A stretch of DNA of 57,696 bases, filler included, from Sphacelaria rigidula (lineage: Eukaryota): assembly GCA_964200075.2 (NCBI GenBank). It is 7 parts of 7 records of this genome, joined end to end, with 100 filler letters (N's around TTAATTAATTAA, not from the genome) between each part and the next. Parts side by side here need not be neighbours in the genome. Positions count along the whole stretch, not along the records: positions 33,029 to 41,184 come from CAXNAA020012097.1; positions 41,285 to 49,440 come from CAXNAA020012098.1; 5 more parts are not named here. One strand, 5' to 3'. Position 1 is the stretch's first letter. Each line of letters begins with the position of its first letter. The notes beneath the pieces were generated by a model that saw only the letters and a list, made by a program, of their open reading frames with translations, did no database searches and was not told the DNA's origin. Of the stretch, positions 35,986 through 48,981 are shown piece after piece. Both the position numbers and the translations under genes were made by a program.

Positions 35986-38900
35986 GTGGACCTGAGCTTC
36001 AGCAAAGTGCAACGCTAAGGTTACAGAGGCTTGTAGGTAGGACAGGTACAAAAGAGATGAGTGGTGTGTGACGTGATAAAGGCTTGGAGCTGGTGCACCA
36101 CGCATGTTCCGCGGCATTGAGTGACACGTGATTTGCAAAGCACTTCGTGCCCGTGCGTCGGCCGAAGTGTACAGGTTGCATCTTATTTCTCCACCATTTA
36201 TCCGACAACTTCATACCGCGTGGGACGCAGTATAGCACCCGTGCGCTAAATGTTATCTCCGTGAATAGCATCCCCAGGGGACAGGTTTTCTGCTTCTCGT
36301 CGCATCAATCAGTAAGTGCAGTACGGGGTGGATTCAGCGTAGTGCGTGGGTCGCCGGCCCGGCACGACCGCACTGTACTGATATGATACAAATACAGTCT
36401 GGTTCGAGGAATAATCCCGACATTTTATCGACTTATATTGTCCCCAAGCACACGAAGTAGATCCCGACAAAGTTTATAGATGCTCCTTAGTAGGAATGCA
36501 CGGGACAAAGTGACCTGACTCCCGTCTCAGTGGGGGACGGTGATGGGGCACCAGGTGTGCCCGACACGGAAAATCTCAAGAGTGTGTAGGATTTAGTGCG
36601 AGTAAAATCTCCGAAAAGCCTACTCCGCCGATATTTTCGGGCCGTGTTCGCGTTGTTCTGCCGCATGTGCATGTGCATGTGCATATGGTGTGCACCGCGA
36701 ACATTCGTGTATATCCAGCACAAGGCCGCAGTAAGGGCGGATCGCGGTGACGCAGCCCACGCGAAAGTTGAGAAAAAAAAACTGAAATGGATGAGAGGAG
36801 ATGAGTCACGCATAGATATCACCCACAGCCGGAGAGACGGAATTTTCTCGCTTCAACTCCATCATACGCCCTATACTTCCGAAATATATTCCATTCCTTC
36901 CATTTCCCAGCCCGCTTGTAACAGACGTGGGCTACCGCAATCGTCACACAGAGATCAAGACGTGTTGCAACGAACCTGAAAAGGCCAAATCACAAAAGCG
37001 TTGTCAGCCCGAAACGACCAGTTTGGATCCGGACGAGAAAACACAGACTGGATCTTTCCGGAAGCGATGTGTTCATTTTGGCGCCGGACATATCTCAAAC
37101 ATGCCGGATAATCTCGAATCATCATAGCGGTCGTGACTGAAACACATGGACTGAAAAGAAACCCACCGGCACAACCGAGCCCGAACGAGCGCGCTCAGAC
37201 ACCCACACCACGAGCACATCACGCCTGGCGCTACCTCTTGCTCATCTACACAACGTCGTACTTGTCCCACGGCAAATCCGTTCGGTATCGGAAGAGGAGC
37301 GATCATGCTTGTGACAATTATGTTGACTGCGATGGAGCCAGTGGCCGCTTCCGAGTGTGTTCCATGGCGCCGATCTGAAAGATATCATCGTGTCGCATCG
37401 AATTTTGAACCGACTTGACCCCAGCCAAGAGCGCCATATTGAGCTGATCCACAGCAGCGACTCAAGCTATGGATTGTCTACCCTGAGACTGGGATCAGAA
37501 GTTGTCTTGTGCTTGTGTCTCAGGTCCGGGCGATGTCACAAGTGTAGCCCGCAGCAAGGGTGACGTCTTCGGCACCCCCGGGTGCCATTCCGTCCGACGT
37601 ACTGTGATTCCTTCGCACGTTCTAGGCCACGGAAGCCTAGCATACAGAAAAAATGCAGGCCTTCACGTAGCTCTAGGTTTATGTAACACACGTACATCAC
37701 CCGACTCCCACACTGTGCCTCGCGGTCGCTCCATGAGGACATCCTACATGAACATCCATCGGTGTGCAGTCGAATTTGCGCCCAATGATGCACCACAGGG
37801 AACCTTTCCGCCTGGCCAACAGCAGAGCGCAAAGTACATGAAGTACTGCATGTCTGCTGCTGTATCTGCAATACTGCACGTCTACCGCCGATTCTATTCT
37901 TTCGGCGGGGTCAAACTACATGCAGCTTGTAGGAAACTCTCAGGATCGTAATCACGTTAGTGAAAGTCATGAGGAAACCGAAAACCTGGCCTGACTAGCC
38001 CCGCCTTTCACTGACGACGTGACGTATCGGGGCTGGAAAATAACACCCAAAAATCTCATCTGGAGAGGTGGAAATGCCCAGAACGATCGCTTTTGATTCC
38101 AATGAAGGACGCGTTTGTTTTTCCGACCCACACATGTGATGAATCTCAGGTGCTGCGCGCAGTGGTGGATGGTCCAGCAGGTCTGTGGTGGGAGCAGATG
38201 AAACTCGACTAATAAACAGGAAACGTACAGCAAAACCTTCAGATCATGTACAAACAGACGCCGATAGCATTGGCGCACAAGCTCCGGCGACAGCTCTTGC
38301 TCGTGAACACACAGCAGTCAGTCATTGATTAGAACTCACTCGGTATTGGAGGAGGGGCGGCAATAGTTGTGACCTCGTACAACAGAACGTTTCAGCTAAA
38401 GAAATATTAACGTCTCTATTCGGAGCGTTCGGACACGTATGATCGCATCCCATTCCGTTTCATAGGATTTCATGCAAATGAAGTGTATCGTAATCAACTG
38501 GCCAACAAAGGGGACCGCTTGACCGGTGTTTTGCCTCGCTGACAATAGTGGGTATTGTATTTATGTGCGTTTGTGCTGCGGGTCTATGTCGGATCTTTGC
38601 ATGCGCCGTCTTATGGGCGCAAATGTATGCCCCCCCTACAGAACGAGCAGTGTGATATTTCGAACAGCCCAAACGATTCCAGAGAAGTCCGAAAGTACCT
38701 TCCAAAACTCACATGCCCAGACTCAACATCACGACCCAGAACCAACATCACACTCAAACATTCTCTGTGGAATACTGTAGGGGTAGAATCGCCGCGACCA
38801 ATCGCAGATCAGTGCGATTTTGACATGTGATGTATGTGCTTCGTCCCGATAAGATGCGACGAAAGGGCAAGTACCGCTCTCGTCTTGCCAGGTGGAAGCT

Positions 38901-39004
38901 TCTTCCATCGATGCAATGGAATACACTGTCTATCGTGCAGTGTTGCAGTACGCTTCACGTTACTGTACTACGGGTTTACGCGGTAAAACGGCGCACGCAC
39001 CATA

Positions 39005-39360
39005 GTGTCGTCGTCCCCCTTATTCCGGACGCCGGTCTGTACCTTTCGGTAAATGTGGGCGCACCAGCCGGGATCACACAGGAGGAAGGTCAACACAGGG
39101 GTCTTTACTTTTTTGTTTGTTTTTGTTCTCCACCTTCCTGCTGCGGTGCATGCCTGTTATTTTTGTTGCGAGAGATATGCAGCTGCCTCTTTTCCTCTTC
39201 GACCATCAAATAGCCTTTTGTGTTGGTGTACCCACGACAAAGCCGCTCTCCACTGTTGGGCACTGTGTGAGAAAAAATTCCAGATCGCTCCGAGATTCGA
39301 AACCTTGACCCAACCGTCAGATTATTTTGAGGTTACCAACTGAGCCACCGGGGCGACCGG
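39005..39360 (-). mobile_element. SINE family 1, full-length copy
   Basis: Head CCGGTCGCCCCGGTGGCTCAGTTGGTAACC..TTTCGAATCTCGGAGCGATCTGG and shared body. Confidence 0.87.
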
Positions 39361-41470
39361 CTATAGTACAGACCGTACAGTTTTCCTACTTGACAACAGG
39401 AAGTACAGTTGGACGAAGGCCTCATGTGCGGTGCGGAGGTGCCCTGACTACTGTACGGGGGGTTGAGGGGGCATGCAAGCTCCACGTATTAAATGAAAGC
39501 CTGTTTCTGATTTGTTCATGATCGGCTCCCGGGTTCCCTTTCTTCGGCCACCAAAGCTACAACACCGCACACAGCACGGGAAAGCACAACTTCTAGTACG
39601 GTGCACTGTATGGCGAAACCTCTCACCATCATTTGTTCTGCACCGACAACTCAATCTCCGCGCCCACGGCCCCTGCAGGATAATAAGTAGTCCCAAGTTG
39701 CGCTTGCACAATGGCACGTAGGTTGCACGGAGATATCTCGGTCGAGGCCTGAGAGCACCTTCAAAGAGCTAGCGTTACGGTTTCAAAGGTGTGGTGAACC
39801 GAGTATACGGTTTTTGCATCTTGGTCGAACCTCGTCTTCAATCTGATAACAAATACAATGAACATGCACTCATAATACCCTGTACAGCACTTGTGTATCA
39901 TGTTCATGAGTAGAAAAGGATAAAACCAACAAAATAGGATACCGTTCTCACAGGGGGCGGCGTGCGCTGTTGGACCTTCCAGCACGAGAACGAAGGTTGA
40001 AAGACAGTTGCTGCGATTCACGATACGAAAAAAATCGCATGATGTACGGCAGCTTAGCAGCACCATATGTAGAGTAGCACCAGTAGCACGGAGACAAAAA
40101 AATCAACTACATAGAGTTGAGACGATGCCATATGCGTGCAAGGCCAAAACACACTCGAAAAATGCTAGTCTTGCCCTGGGAATAAGTACACTGTGTTCGC
40201 TGGAGAGCGGTGGCACGCTGGCTGCCATACAGTTGCATTCAGCGACTGCTCAAACAGGATGTATGTATGTACCGTAGAGTAGCAGCTAAACAGATGGGAA
40301 AATGAGAGTGGGTACAGTACTTGAGACGATGTGGCATGCGTCCAAGATCAACACACGCTCAAGGTGTGCCAGCCCTGCTCCGAAAGTACCAGAACTGCTG
40401 CGAAAGCATGCATAGGGCAGGGTGTACGTTGTTTGCATGTATCACGACAGGGGCGGTTGCCAGCGTGCGCCACTTGCAAACCATAAATATCATGTACTCA
40501 AGAAAACTGAAAACAGTTCAGCGAAGAGATACATGCTGACTCTGCATGCGCTTGACTGCAGGCTCCAAGCTGGTCAGGGGTTGTTGGGGACTATTTTATA
40601 CTCAATACATATTTGTCATCAACATGCACAAATTCATGAAAAAAAGGCGTTTTGCCTAGAGGAAACATAGTTCTGAACCCGGAGTGTGGCATGGCCTATC
40701 TGGGTCCAACTGGGGGCGGTCGCCGGCCGGCGTAATTTTACCACCACGGGAAAAGTCGCAGAACCTGCTGCGGAATATAAAACCAGTTCCACAGTACGTT
40801 TGACTCGAGCCGCCGGTCCAACCAACACATTTCTGACTCTACTCGCGCAGAAGTGAGCCGACACATATCGCGCGCGCAGCATAAGGCACGACACACACAC
40901 GCACATGCACAGCATCACAGCTCACACACACATGCACCGACGAACGACAGCCAGCTAGCGGCAGAAGCAGCAGCTGCTGTCCAACTTATCGTACACGCTT
41001 GGCTGGCAGCCGACCCAGCTACTTTTGTACAGGGCCATCTCTTGATATATATGTACATGTATCATTTCAATTTTTCACCACTTTTGCCGCGTTCTCTCTG
41101 GCGGCAAGGCATCTCATCACGCGCTTTCTTTTGCAGTGCGCGAAGAAGGCGCAGTGGTACATTACCTTTCAGTTTTGGGTGTCANNNNNNNNNNNNNNNN
41201 NNNNNNNNNNNNNNNNNNNNNNNNNNNNTTAATTAATTAANNNNNNNNNNNNNNNNNNNNNNNNNNNNNNNNNNNNNNNNNNNNCCCCCCCAAGTCTTTC
41301 TTGGGCTGCGAATAGAATCGGAGTGTGGTAACGATTCGGAGACGCTGACCCCCTCCCATAGAGCACGATGATTCATTATAGATCGGTCCAACATCTCAAG
41401 CCATTCACTTGTAACTTTCGAACCAACTTTCCATGTTGACGCCTTAAATCGCTACAACCTCGTGACCCAG

Positions 41471-44400
41471 GGGGAGCTTCTTGCCTTGGTCGGCGTGTCG
41501 GCCGGCCTCAGTGCCTCGGGTCGACTGTCGACCTGCTCCTGGACCCTAGGGACAATACTGTCGTCCCCTGTTGTCGAAGAGCAGCTGTTCGGTCGGTGAG
41601 CAGCACCGTACATGTCCTGAATATACTCCTGTATGTGTTGTGCGATAAGAGGTTGTAGATTTTGGAATGTTCACGATTCGGCGGACACCAGGTCGCTTGC
41701 CTCTTTGGACTCTATCGTTGCTCGCTTGGTGTCTCATCATATGTCAAGTCTCTCCGCTTGGTGTCTCATCATATGTCAAGTCTCTCTGGAAGCTTGGAGG
41801 CACAGTACGCTAGCTTTGATCACGTGAATACAGAGTGGATTCTCCAACCGCTTGAAAAGTTGTACATTTGAGGATAGCACTACGGCTGCGTACAAGTTCC
41901 ATTCTATCTGGCGGCTACGACATCTCACATTCCGTGGTACGTACACTTGACACGACTCATATGTCATCGCCGAAAACAGACTATTCGCCCTACTCGCGGG
42001 TGTGGACGACCCGTTCGACGCCACCACCCCGTCCTCGGCACCACCCGTAGCAACTACTTCACGCTACGCACGCTACTGTACCTGTACCTCTTCCTCATCA
42101 CGGGTACGGCCACCCGCTGGCTGCGCTTCGCTTTCCGGAGGGAATTGTTTGCCAAGATCAGACACGGCTGCGGCGGAACGTGCTTCTCGTGCCCATTCTG
42201 TTTCCTGCAGCTTCGTGAGTCCGCATGCTGACGAATCGTTGACACCAACTTTATCGTCAAAAGCAAATTCAGTCAATATCGTCAACAGTGGTAAACGAGC
42301 ACTGGACCACTGCGAGCAGAGTGATCATGAAGATGGATCTCACATTACCAGCGCACTCAACCCCAACAGTCGCAGCAGTCTTAGAGCGCTGCACAGTTCT
42401 ACGCGCTCCGTGCTCGGTGCGAATGGGGAATGCGTGAGATCTTGGAGAGCGCAACTAAAGCGGGATCTGGCGACCTCGCGGAAGCCAGACGGGCCGTTTT
42501 CATTCTCAGCCCAGCACATGTGAGAAAGAAGTGCTGTTCATCGTTTGTCATAGTGCTGCTTAGTTTCAGTTGGACCGTTGCATAGGGTTGCGGTAAAATT
42601 ACGCAGTTGTCAAAACTGTCGAAAGTGCTTCTGCAGACGTTACCCGGCCGCCGCGCATTTACTGCCAACTGCGAATATTACAGGCACACCAAACGTTGTC
42701 GACCGCATGCGCAAGATAACCCATGCCTGTGCTGATCCAGTGCGTGCACAGCAACCCCCCCGCACCCCTCCCTGCCAACTTTCTCTCTTCCCCGCCCTCC
42801 CTCTCACCTGCCAACACTGCTCACTTCCTTGTGCGCCATTGTTTTGATCCTCAGCGGCAGACAGGACGTTCTGATGGCCGTGGTACCTTGCAATCCTCCC
42901 GTACTTGCAGTAACCTGTACCACCAAGCTTTCGCTATTCTCGCTGGACGGGACGGCACTGCCCCCGGTGATGGAGCCTAGTACTTCGCCCAACGATCCCT
43001 CCGTGAGAAGTGGTGCTTTCGGCACTTTTTGTAGAAGCGATGAAGGCCGCGCGGACTCGATCGAGAACATGGGTGGCAAAGTCGCGGAAGCGCACGAAAG
43101 AGATATTCGGTGTATCGCGACCTCGCCGGCAGGGGATATGGTGGCTACAGGGTGCGAAGGATTCTTGGAGTGCAACTGTCGAAGAACTATCGACATGTTT
43201 TGGATGTCACCCCTCTCTTGAAATCAATTAATTCAGGCTGATCGTTGTCCCAAGCGTTTCAGCAGAACTCATACCTCATCTGACTTCAAACGCGATTGTT
43301 GGTCCGCTTTTCGTATTTCGACCACGGTGACGCCCGTTTTTCTGCATCAGCTAGATCTCTGCATGCTCATACTATTCCGCACGCTAACGGGGTCCTTGCT
43401 CTTCGTGTTTTTCCGTTCCTGTGTATCGTACACATGAAGATCTTTAGACCACACCATCCGGGTACGTTCAGTGCCGGGGTGCGACTGGGTATGCCGTCTA
43501 CGTGGTCACGAGGCAAATGTGAGGTGTCTACTGTTCCACCGTCCGCAAATGTGAGTGAAAATCGGCTATCAACTGCAGGTGAAACGTTCCATGTGCTCGA
43601 CCCCGGTGGATCAGGGTATGCGCAATATGGTCACCCTAGTTCGCGTGGTATTGCTCTATCCGTTAGCGACCTTGAGTCGCAAGCCGTCTACAGTATACTA
43701 TTTTAGGTGCCGTTTCAATTAATCGTTGCCAACTTCTGATGTCGATTTTATCGGCACACTAGTTCGTGTAGACAAGCGTATTACCACTCGTGTTTCGTCA
43801 TGCGTTGTTGACATGTCGCGACGCAAGGCTGATCAGCGGTGATGACCTCGGGAACTTGGCGGTTTGGAGCTTAATTTCTCCACAGCGCAGGCTCCAGACA
43901 GTACAGGCGCATCCCTATAGCGGACAGGTAATCGGCTCCGGGTTTTACGTTCCTCTGGTTGGATCAATCCGTCGACATGTTCGTGGCAAAACAAATACTC
44001 CCCCGTCCCACTGCCTCCTGCTGAAATGTCACTATGGTTCATGTTCCGCTACGATTTTAGTAGGTGTTGGCTTCGTTCTTCAGTGACTTCAGGAGGATTG
44101 CGCGGTAATACCTACAACACACCCTCCTCGTTCCACCTTTGCTCAACCTCGAGACTATGTTTTCATTGTTGTTTCGTGCACGATGATTTACATTCCTGCG
44201 CCCGACCGTCGCCCGAATGGGGATGGTTGTGTCGGGGTAAGCGAACTCCTTTCAGCAATCAAACGGCATACCAACGTCTAGGAGAGAGTGACATGACCTA
44301 CAGGCCAGTCTGTGTTTTCTAGTCAGCGGTGATGCCATACTCTGTCTAGGTAGCGGGCCATGCCGAGCGTGTTGAACTCACAACTCGAGGCTGCAGCTAC

Positions 44401-47400
44401 GGATTTTTTTCTCTGAACTGGGATCCCAACTCAATACCGCGACTGCAAAGTTTTGCCCGAAGTTGGGGTACTGTCAGGGAAAGCACGTTGATGGAGATGA
44501 GACATGTGTGAGTAAGTACCAGGTTCGACGGATTAGAGCTAGTGGCTAACGCGGATGAGTGCTGCACCCTCACCGCGAGACCTCAACGAGAGCGCAAGTA
44601 CCGTGACCGACGTGCCAAGGAATGTCGGAACATAAAAAGTCGCGCATGGGATGAGAGAGGAAAGAGGCCCCAAGGGAGGGCATATGAAGGAGGAAAACAT
44701 TTGACTATATGTGAGGCTAGATCCGTCGCGTATAGGGGAGTTCGAAATGGTACCTACACAATCCGTACACTGTCTCTCATGAGAACGAGCGGAGCTGGAC
44801 ATGCTGAAAGTAGTCCTGCAAAAATGTCAGGCGGTGGGATGTGACGCCAATGAACTGCACGAGACAAGGAGACCGGGTCGAACCGAGTGCGTTGCCGCGG
44901 GATACAGCGTCTGCTGCTGCGGGGGGAAAGGGGTTAAGGGAAGGGCTGGGCAACATGGGGTCGTGTTCGTGGTCAAGGAATCGATAAAAAATAAGGAGAC
45001 GTGGACTCAGGCACTCGTTAGCAAACGCCTCATGTCGATGACTTTCAACCTCGCCGGCAGTCAAGCGCTGCCAAGTTTGTTGTTCTTTACGCCCCGATAA
45101 ACACATTGGAGTCAAGAGACCGGGGAGATATGTTCTGGACAGCGTTGAACAACATTGTGAACAGAGTACCTAACGGACACCACCTGTTTTTTTATGGACG
45201 CTAACGCTAGGACTGGGGTACAAACAGGCGACAAGGAACGTGCAAAAGTGGAGGCATACGGCTGGGATTCCCAAACCGCCGACGGTAATGACACCTCTTT
45301 GAGACAGTTTGCAGGTGGCAATAGGTTTGCCCTGGTCTTTATGCTTTTCCATCCCCACGGTAAGCACATCGCGTGTGTTCAACGATATTGCGAATCGTCC
45401 CCCGGACAAGAACTGCATTAACTTCATCCTCACACGGCGAGATCATCAACGAACTCAAGCAGCGTGAAACTTGCTGCGGACTTTGCCGACATACTACTGA
45501 GTACCGCTGAGAAGGTGGTGATCCGTCAGACCCGTAAGCCACGTATACCGGGGTGGTTCGAGGATGCTGCCATTCGAACGGAGGTCGAACAGGCCCGGAA
45601 TAAGAGAGAAAGGGTGAAGTCGACGGTGCAATTGGAACTCTCGAGAAATGAACCCGCATGGCGTACATACGCGAGCAGCATGCAAGAAATTCAAAGAGGT
45701 CATCCACGCTAGAGTAGACAGGTACCCTGGATGTGTATGCTAGACAGTTTGAGGAGTATATTCGACTTGTGGATATGAGAGGATGGTGTAGACACCTGAA
45801 AGGAGGGTGAAGACTAGCGGAGCGAGAAGTGGAGAGCAAGCAGTAAATCAGAGACGAGGACGGGAACACACTGCAAGATCAAGGCTTCATCTGTGAGAGA
45901 TGGGTAATGCACTTCTCCATCTTGCTGGAAGCTATATTTGGAACAACTGTCTGAGCCGTCATCGAGAATATATCGCAACGACCGATAGTGCTGCCACTTG
46001 GAGACACACCAAGCCCATGTGAAACTGAGGAGGCTCTGAGAGCTTTAGTGAACGGCAAAACTACGGGTACGGATGTTCTACCTGCGAAACCCCTGAAGCT
46101 TAGACTTAAGAAGGGGCCTCCGGAGTTTCTGTACCATTTCCACAGCATCACCGTTGCTATTTGGACGTCTGGCGAGGTGCCGCAGGAATGGAAAGATGTC
46201 ACCATCACAGTGCCGCACAAGAAGAAGGATAGGGCCGGTTGTGGTAACTACAGGGACGTCTCACTCGTGGCCCATCCTCGTAAAGTTGTCCTCAAAATCG
46301 GAGCCAAGAGGCTCGGTAATTTCTTGAAGGAGGCAGGGATGTTCCCGAAGGAGCAGTGCGGGACCTCGGCGCCAACGATCGATCACGGACATAATGTTTA
46401 TGGTACGCCGACTACACGAGTTAGGACGGGCGAGTAATGTCCCACAAACGATGTACTTCATCCACCTGCAGAAGGCCTACGATTTTGTAGACCGCACGGT
46501 CCTGTGGCAAGTACTTGCCCGGTTCGGAGTCCCGTCGCGAATGATCACGGTTATCCGTATGTTTCACGACGGCGTGCGAGCTCGGGTACAGCTTGATAAT
46601 GGTGAACTATCAGCGTGGTTCAACGTCTGCCGCAGACTCAAACAAGATACACATCGTCCTCGCTGATATTCAACACCTTCGGCACAACCTTGGTGGACAT
46701 GATCGTACAGCGGTTCGCGGTGTGCCCAGCCATCGCTTCAGACTCCTTAGTCCTAGATGATGCGCCAACAGGTGGCGATGGTGAACTTCTGGATGAGACG
46801 CTGCTGGAGAAAGTACGGCGCGCGGTGTGGGCAATGTGATATGCGCATGACGCTGGTATAGTTTTGAGGTCCCCAGGCGAACTTTTTGAAATGATGGCTG
46901 TGGTAGTGATGGCCTGTCACGAGCTCGGTTTAGCGGCATGGGAGAGGGAGATAGAATCCATGCGCCTGTGGTCAGCGACCAGCTCCACAGAGACCACCGT
47001 GCACATCAACGCGGTCGAGTATCGGTATTAGCAGACGGCCAAGTGTATCTGCCTTGGTGCTGCCAGGGCGAATGGAAAGTTTCCATCGAAATCAACCGCC
47101 GCATCAGCGCTGCGTGGGTACGCCTCCGACAGTATAGCTCCCAACTCTACGATCGACCCAACGCCCCAGCTATCGTTGCAAATTCGGCCGCTTAAAGCGG
47201 AGGTCGTGGTCACTCTGTTGTACAGATGTGCTACATGGACGCCGGGTTCCGAGGACTTCGGCAGTCTGCACATGGCCCACCACAGGCTTCTGCTCCGAGT
47301 GGTTGGATTCCGCCGGAAAGACCAAACGGGCTACAAGACTCGCTCGTACAGAATTGTGCTCGAGATGACTAACTACAAATGTATCGAGACGACCAATCGC

Positions 47401-48981
47401 AAGTTTCAACTCTGGTTCGTGGGAGCGCTTACCAGGAAGGGCGGAACATGTCCCCCAAATCGTGTCATGCACGGACGGTCAGGTGCACAAGGGTCCAACG
47501 AGGCTGACCGCCCTCCCTAGCTCTAAGGGGACAACCTCTAGGAGAAGTATGTGCACTAGGGCCCTTCCATGCGAAGGAGCACAACGAAGATTGTTCACCT
47601 ACGGTGTGGAGGTCACCGGCGTCCACGATTCCTACGGCTGGGTCACTGCGGTGAAGAACATGGACATATGACATCTTGGAATCGGAAAAGGGGCGAAGGA
47701 ATATCGAGGAGAGTGCGGCGAGATGACAAACGCGAATCGGACTCCTCCACAAACGAGAGGCTGCTGCGTCGAGAGTCGCCAATCGTAGAGCTGCCACCGC
47801 TCACACAACAACAGCGACAACTCGCAAGTTACCTAGTATGGAAATGGTCGAGAGAATGGCCCGATTTGTACCCGAGTAGGGACAAATGGGATGAGATGGG
47901 CTCACACGGAAACTGATGATCCCTTTCCTTTCCTATCGATTGTTGATTTTTTTCTTGGTCGGTGGTCTTGCGGTGTTCCCTGGTTTGTGTGTTTGTACCT
48001 GCTCTACTGTACCGTGTCCTTGGGTTTCATCACTTTAGTCTCCTTCTCTGTTCTCACTCTCTCTCTCCATTTCTCTCTCTATTTGTGTCTTCTTTCCACG
48101 CGGGAATGCAGGCCACAATTTGGTACTTCGCTTCCGTAGGGTTCATTGGTGAGAGCCCATACCCGAGAAATGTGTGGCTGAAATAAGTCAGCTGCCATCT
48201 GTGCCGACTTTTGTTTGTTTTTTCGATCGGGTATGAATGCGTGTGCTATTTCGCAAGGCCTTTTTCAGCTGAACCCATGTTGTAGAGGCCGGCCATTTCT
48301 AGTTTTATTATCGTGGTTTCATTCGTCTGTTTTTTTTTTTTTTTCCGGTCTACTCTTTGTGTCTGCTCCACCTTTTTGTTTTTCTTTCTTTCCTACAGCA
48401 ATTATTTCCGTTTTGTTTGAATCTCGGGTACGCTCATCATGTGACCACGGGTGGATCCAAGGGGGATCAGTTCATGTGCACCCATCAATCAATCAAGCAA
48501 TGATATTGTTCACTTGCAACAGTCAGAAGGCGTGTGGTTCGGCCAGGAGCTGTAGTTACTTGCTGCCGATTGAGCAAGATCGCGATCCCGAACGGCCCTT
48601 GCGTTAGTTTACCCGCCGTTGATACCCTCGTAGCTCACCGCTACTGACAGCGCACAAATGACTCTCTTGTTTTCACCGTAGCACTTTTTACGATCCATCG
48701 ACTGAACATTCCATCGCTGAAATGAATCCGCAGTCGAACCGCAATTGCATGGTCAAGAATGGCTTAGCACGGCTAAATGTTGGACTAAACATTTCGCACA
48801 ACACGAACGTGGATCGTCAGGTCATGGTGACAGCAACGAGAGAGTGGCCGACTCCGCTGCTTGCTACGGGCGGGCTGGATGGGTTTGTGCGGGTTTGGTC
48901 GGTGGCGGACGACGGTAGAATTCGTCCGCTTTTGGCCTGCTCCGGATTTGGCCAACCCTACAGTCTTGCTGCCCTTCGCGG
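41471..48981 (+). CDS. Partial multi-exon F-box-like/WD40-repeat protein; exons approx. 41471-41595, 41980-42519, 42855-43151, 43440-43550, 43828-43927, 48821-48981
   Basis: All junctions are GT-AG and phase-consistent. Spliced product contains WD repeats: AHERDIRCIATSPAGDMVATG|SLDHTIRV, GHEANVRCLLF..|MLISGDDLGNLAVWS, AHPYSGQ|VMV..LLATGGLDGFVRVWS. First exon ELLALVGVSAGLSASGRLSTCSWTL..EQLF is weakly F-box-like. Start and stop not located. Confidence 0.8.
41723..41786 (+). repeat. Perfect 32-bp tandem duplication in an intron
   Basis: CGCTTGGTGTCTCATCATATGTCAAGTCTCTC x2. Confidence 0.92.
44700..48497 (+). mobile_element. Decayed RTE-type LINE (APE endonuclease + RT + 3' tail) inside a WD40 gene intron
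   Basis: EN motifs TIRTLS, ELHETRRPG, GQHGV, MDANARTG; RT GEVPQEWKDVTI..HKKKDR..CGNYRDVSL, HLQKAYDFVDR..LARFGVP; 3' end CATGTGACCACGGGTGGATC..TCAGTT..(AATC)n. Heavily mutated; 5' boundary approximate. Confidence 0.92.
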
